The notes under the pieces were generated by a model. That model did no database searches and had not been told where the DNA came from. It was given only the letters and a program-made list of their open reading frames with translations. From Longimicrobiales bacterium (GTDB taxonomy: Bacteria > Gemmatimonadota > Gemmatimonadetes > Longimicrobiales > Gaopeijiaceae): a stretch of 64,000 nucleotides of DNA. The position numbers and the translations under genes were made by a program. The DNA lies in assembly GCA_965204735.1 (NCBI GenBank), contig OZ242008.1, positions 1,248,001-1,312,000 on the forward strand, in the 5' to 3' direction. The number at the start of each line of letters is the position of its first letter. The stretch's first letter is position 1. Below are positions 63,413 to 64,000 of this stretch, piece after piece.

Positions 63413-64000
63413 CCGCAGAGCCGTTCCGATCCTGCTGGCCGGGCTCTCGCTGGCCGGAAGTCCGCTGGCCGCCGCTCCCCCGCCGGCCGCATCCCAGGAA
63501 GTTGCGGGCGAAGAAGGCTCCGCCGAGTCCGCTCGGTCGTGGAAGGTGGGGGTGTGGGTCCAGGCCGGCTATCAGCGCCCGTCGGGCAAGTTCGCCGGGA
63601 ACTCGGCGTCCGACGTGCCCAGGCTCGGGATCGTGGAGACGGTGGCGGAGCTGACAGCGTCGCCGGTGGCCGGCGGCGGCCTGGAGGTGTTCTGGCCGTC
63701 GTCCGACGTCGGCGTGCGGATCGGGTGGGAGACCACCATGGGCGCCGAAGCCGTGGGGCAGATATCCGTCTGCCGCCTCGTGGAGGGGACCCTCTGCCGG
63801 AAGGAAACGGCCCCGGTGGACCTCCGGGGGCTCACTGCCCAGCTGCGGTTGCTCCGCGGCAACCCGGAGCGGTCCCTGCGGGGCGTGATCAGCGGCGGCT
63901 TCGGAGTGCGCCAGTACTCCTTCGCCGTTCCCTCTTGCTCCGACAGGCCGGGGAGCGACGCCAGGATCGTGTGCGACGCGATCACGGACATATACCAAAA
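63405..64000 (+). CDS. Partial secreted / outer-membrane beta-barrel-like protein (runs off right edge)
   Basis: RBS GGAGG then GTG; signal peptide VPILLAGLSLAGSPLAA; amphipathic strands (VGVWVQAGY, GGGLEV, GGFGVRQYSF); open to 64000. Confidence 0.65.
   Translation, partial: MADRRAVPILLAGLSLAGSPLAAAPPPAASQEVAGEEGSAESARSWKVGVWVQAGYQRPSGKFAGNSASDVPRLGIVETVAELTASPVAGGGLEVFWPSSDVGVRIGWETTMGAEAVGQISVCRLVEGTLCRKETAPVDLRGLTAQLRLLRGNPERSLRGVISGGFGVRQYSFAVPSCSDRPGSDARIVCDAITDIYQ

Overview
GC-rich bacterial DNA. The gene content suggests a Gemmatimonadota-like, possibly host (e.g. sponge) associated organism; this is inference only. (1) 1-14.9 kb is a variable surface-protein region: a partial membrane-anchored protein with tandem PPC-like domains that the ORF track misses, remnants of surface-protein paralogues cut by an IS1380-family element, a lipase and PhoD pair, a ~1305-aa LRR lipoprotein with a Zn-metallopeptidase domain whose second LRR array is ten identical 53-bp blocks separated by 19-bp variable segments, and a Big-1/CARDB lipoprotein. 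(2) 15-38.5 kb is mostly housekeeping and includes a phoB-phoR-pstCAB-phoU operon in which PhoR is fused in frame, through an internal lipobox, to the only PstS in the operon. (3) 38.7-44.5 kb is a gutted type III restriction-modification locus whose cargo genes are intact (wHTH/Panacea-like, DUF6978-like and DUF1828-like genes; then MNT, ABC-type ATPase and PIN genes), a candidate defence island. (4) lutABC is split by an Rpn nuclease gene with a candidate internal antitoxin start. (5) 48.6-64 kb holds catabolic, transport and peptidase genes. I found no rRNA, tRNA or CRISPR array. All family assignments come from motif recognition by eye, not from database searches.
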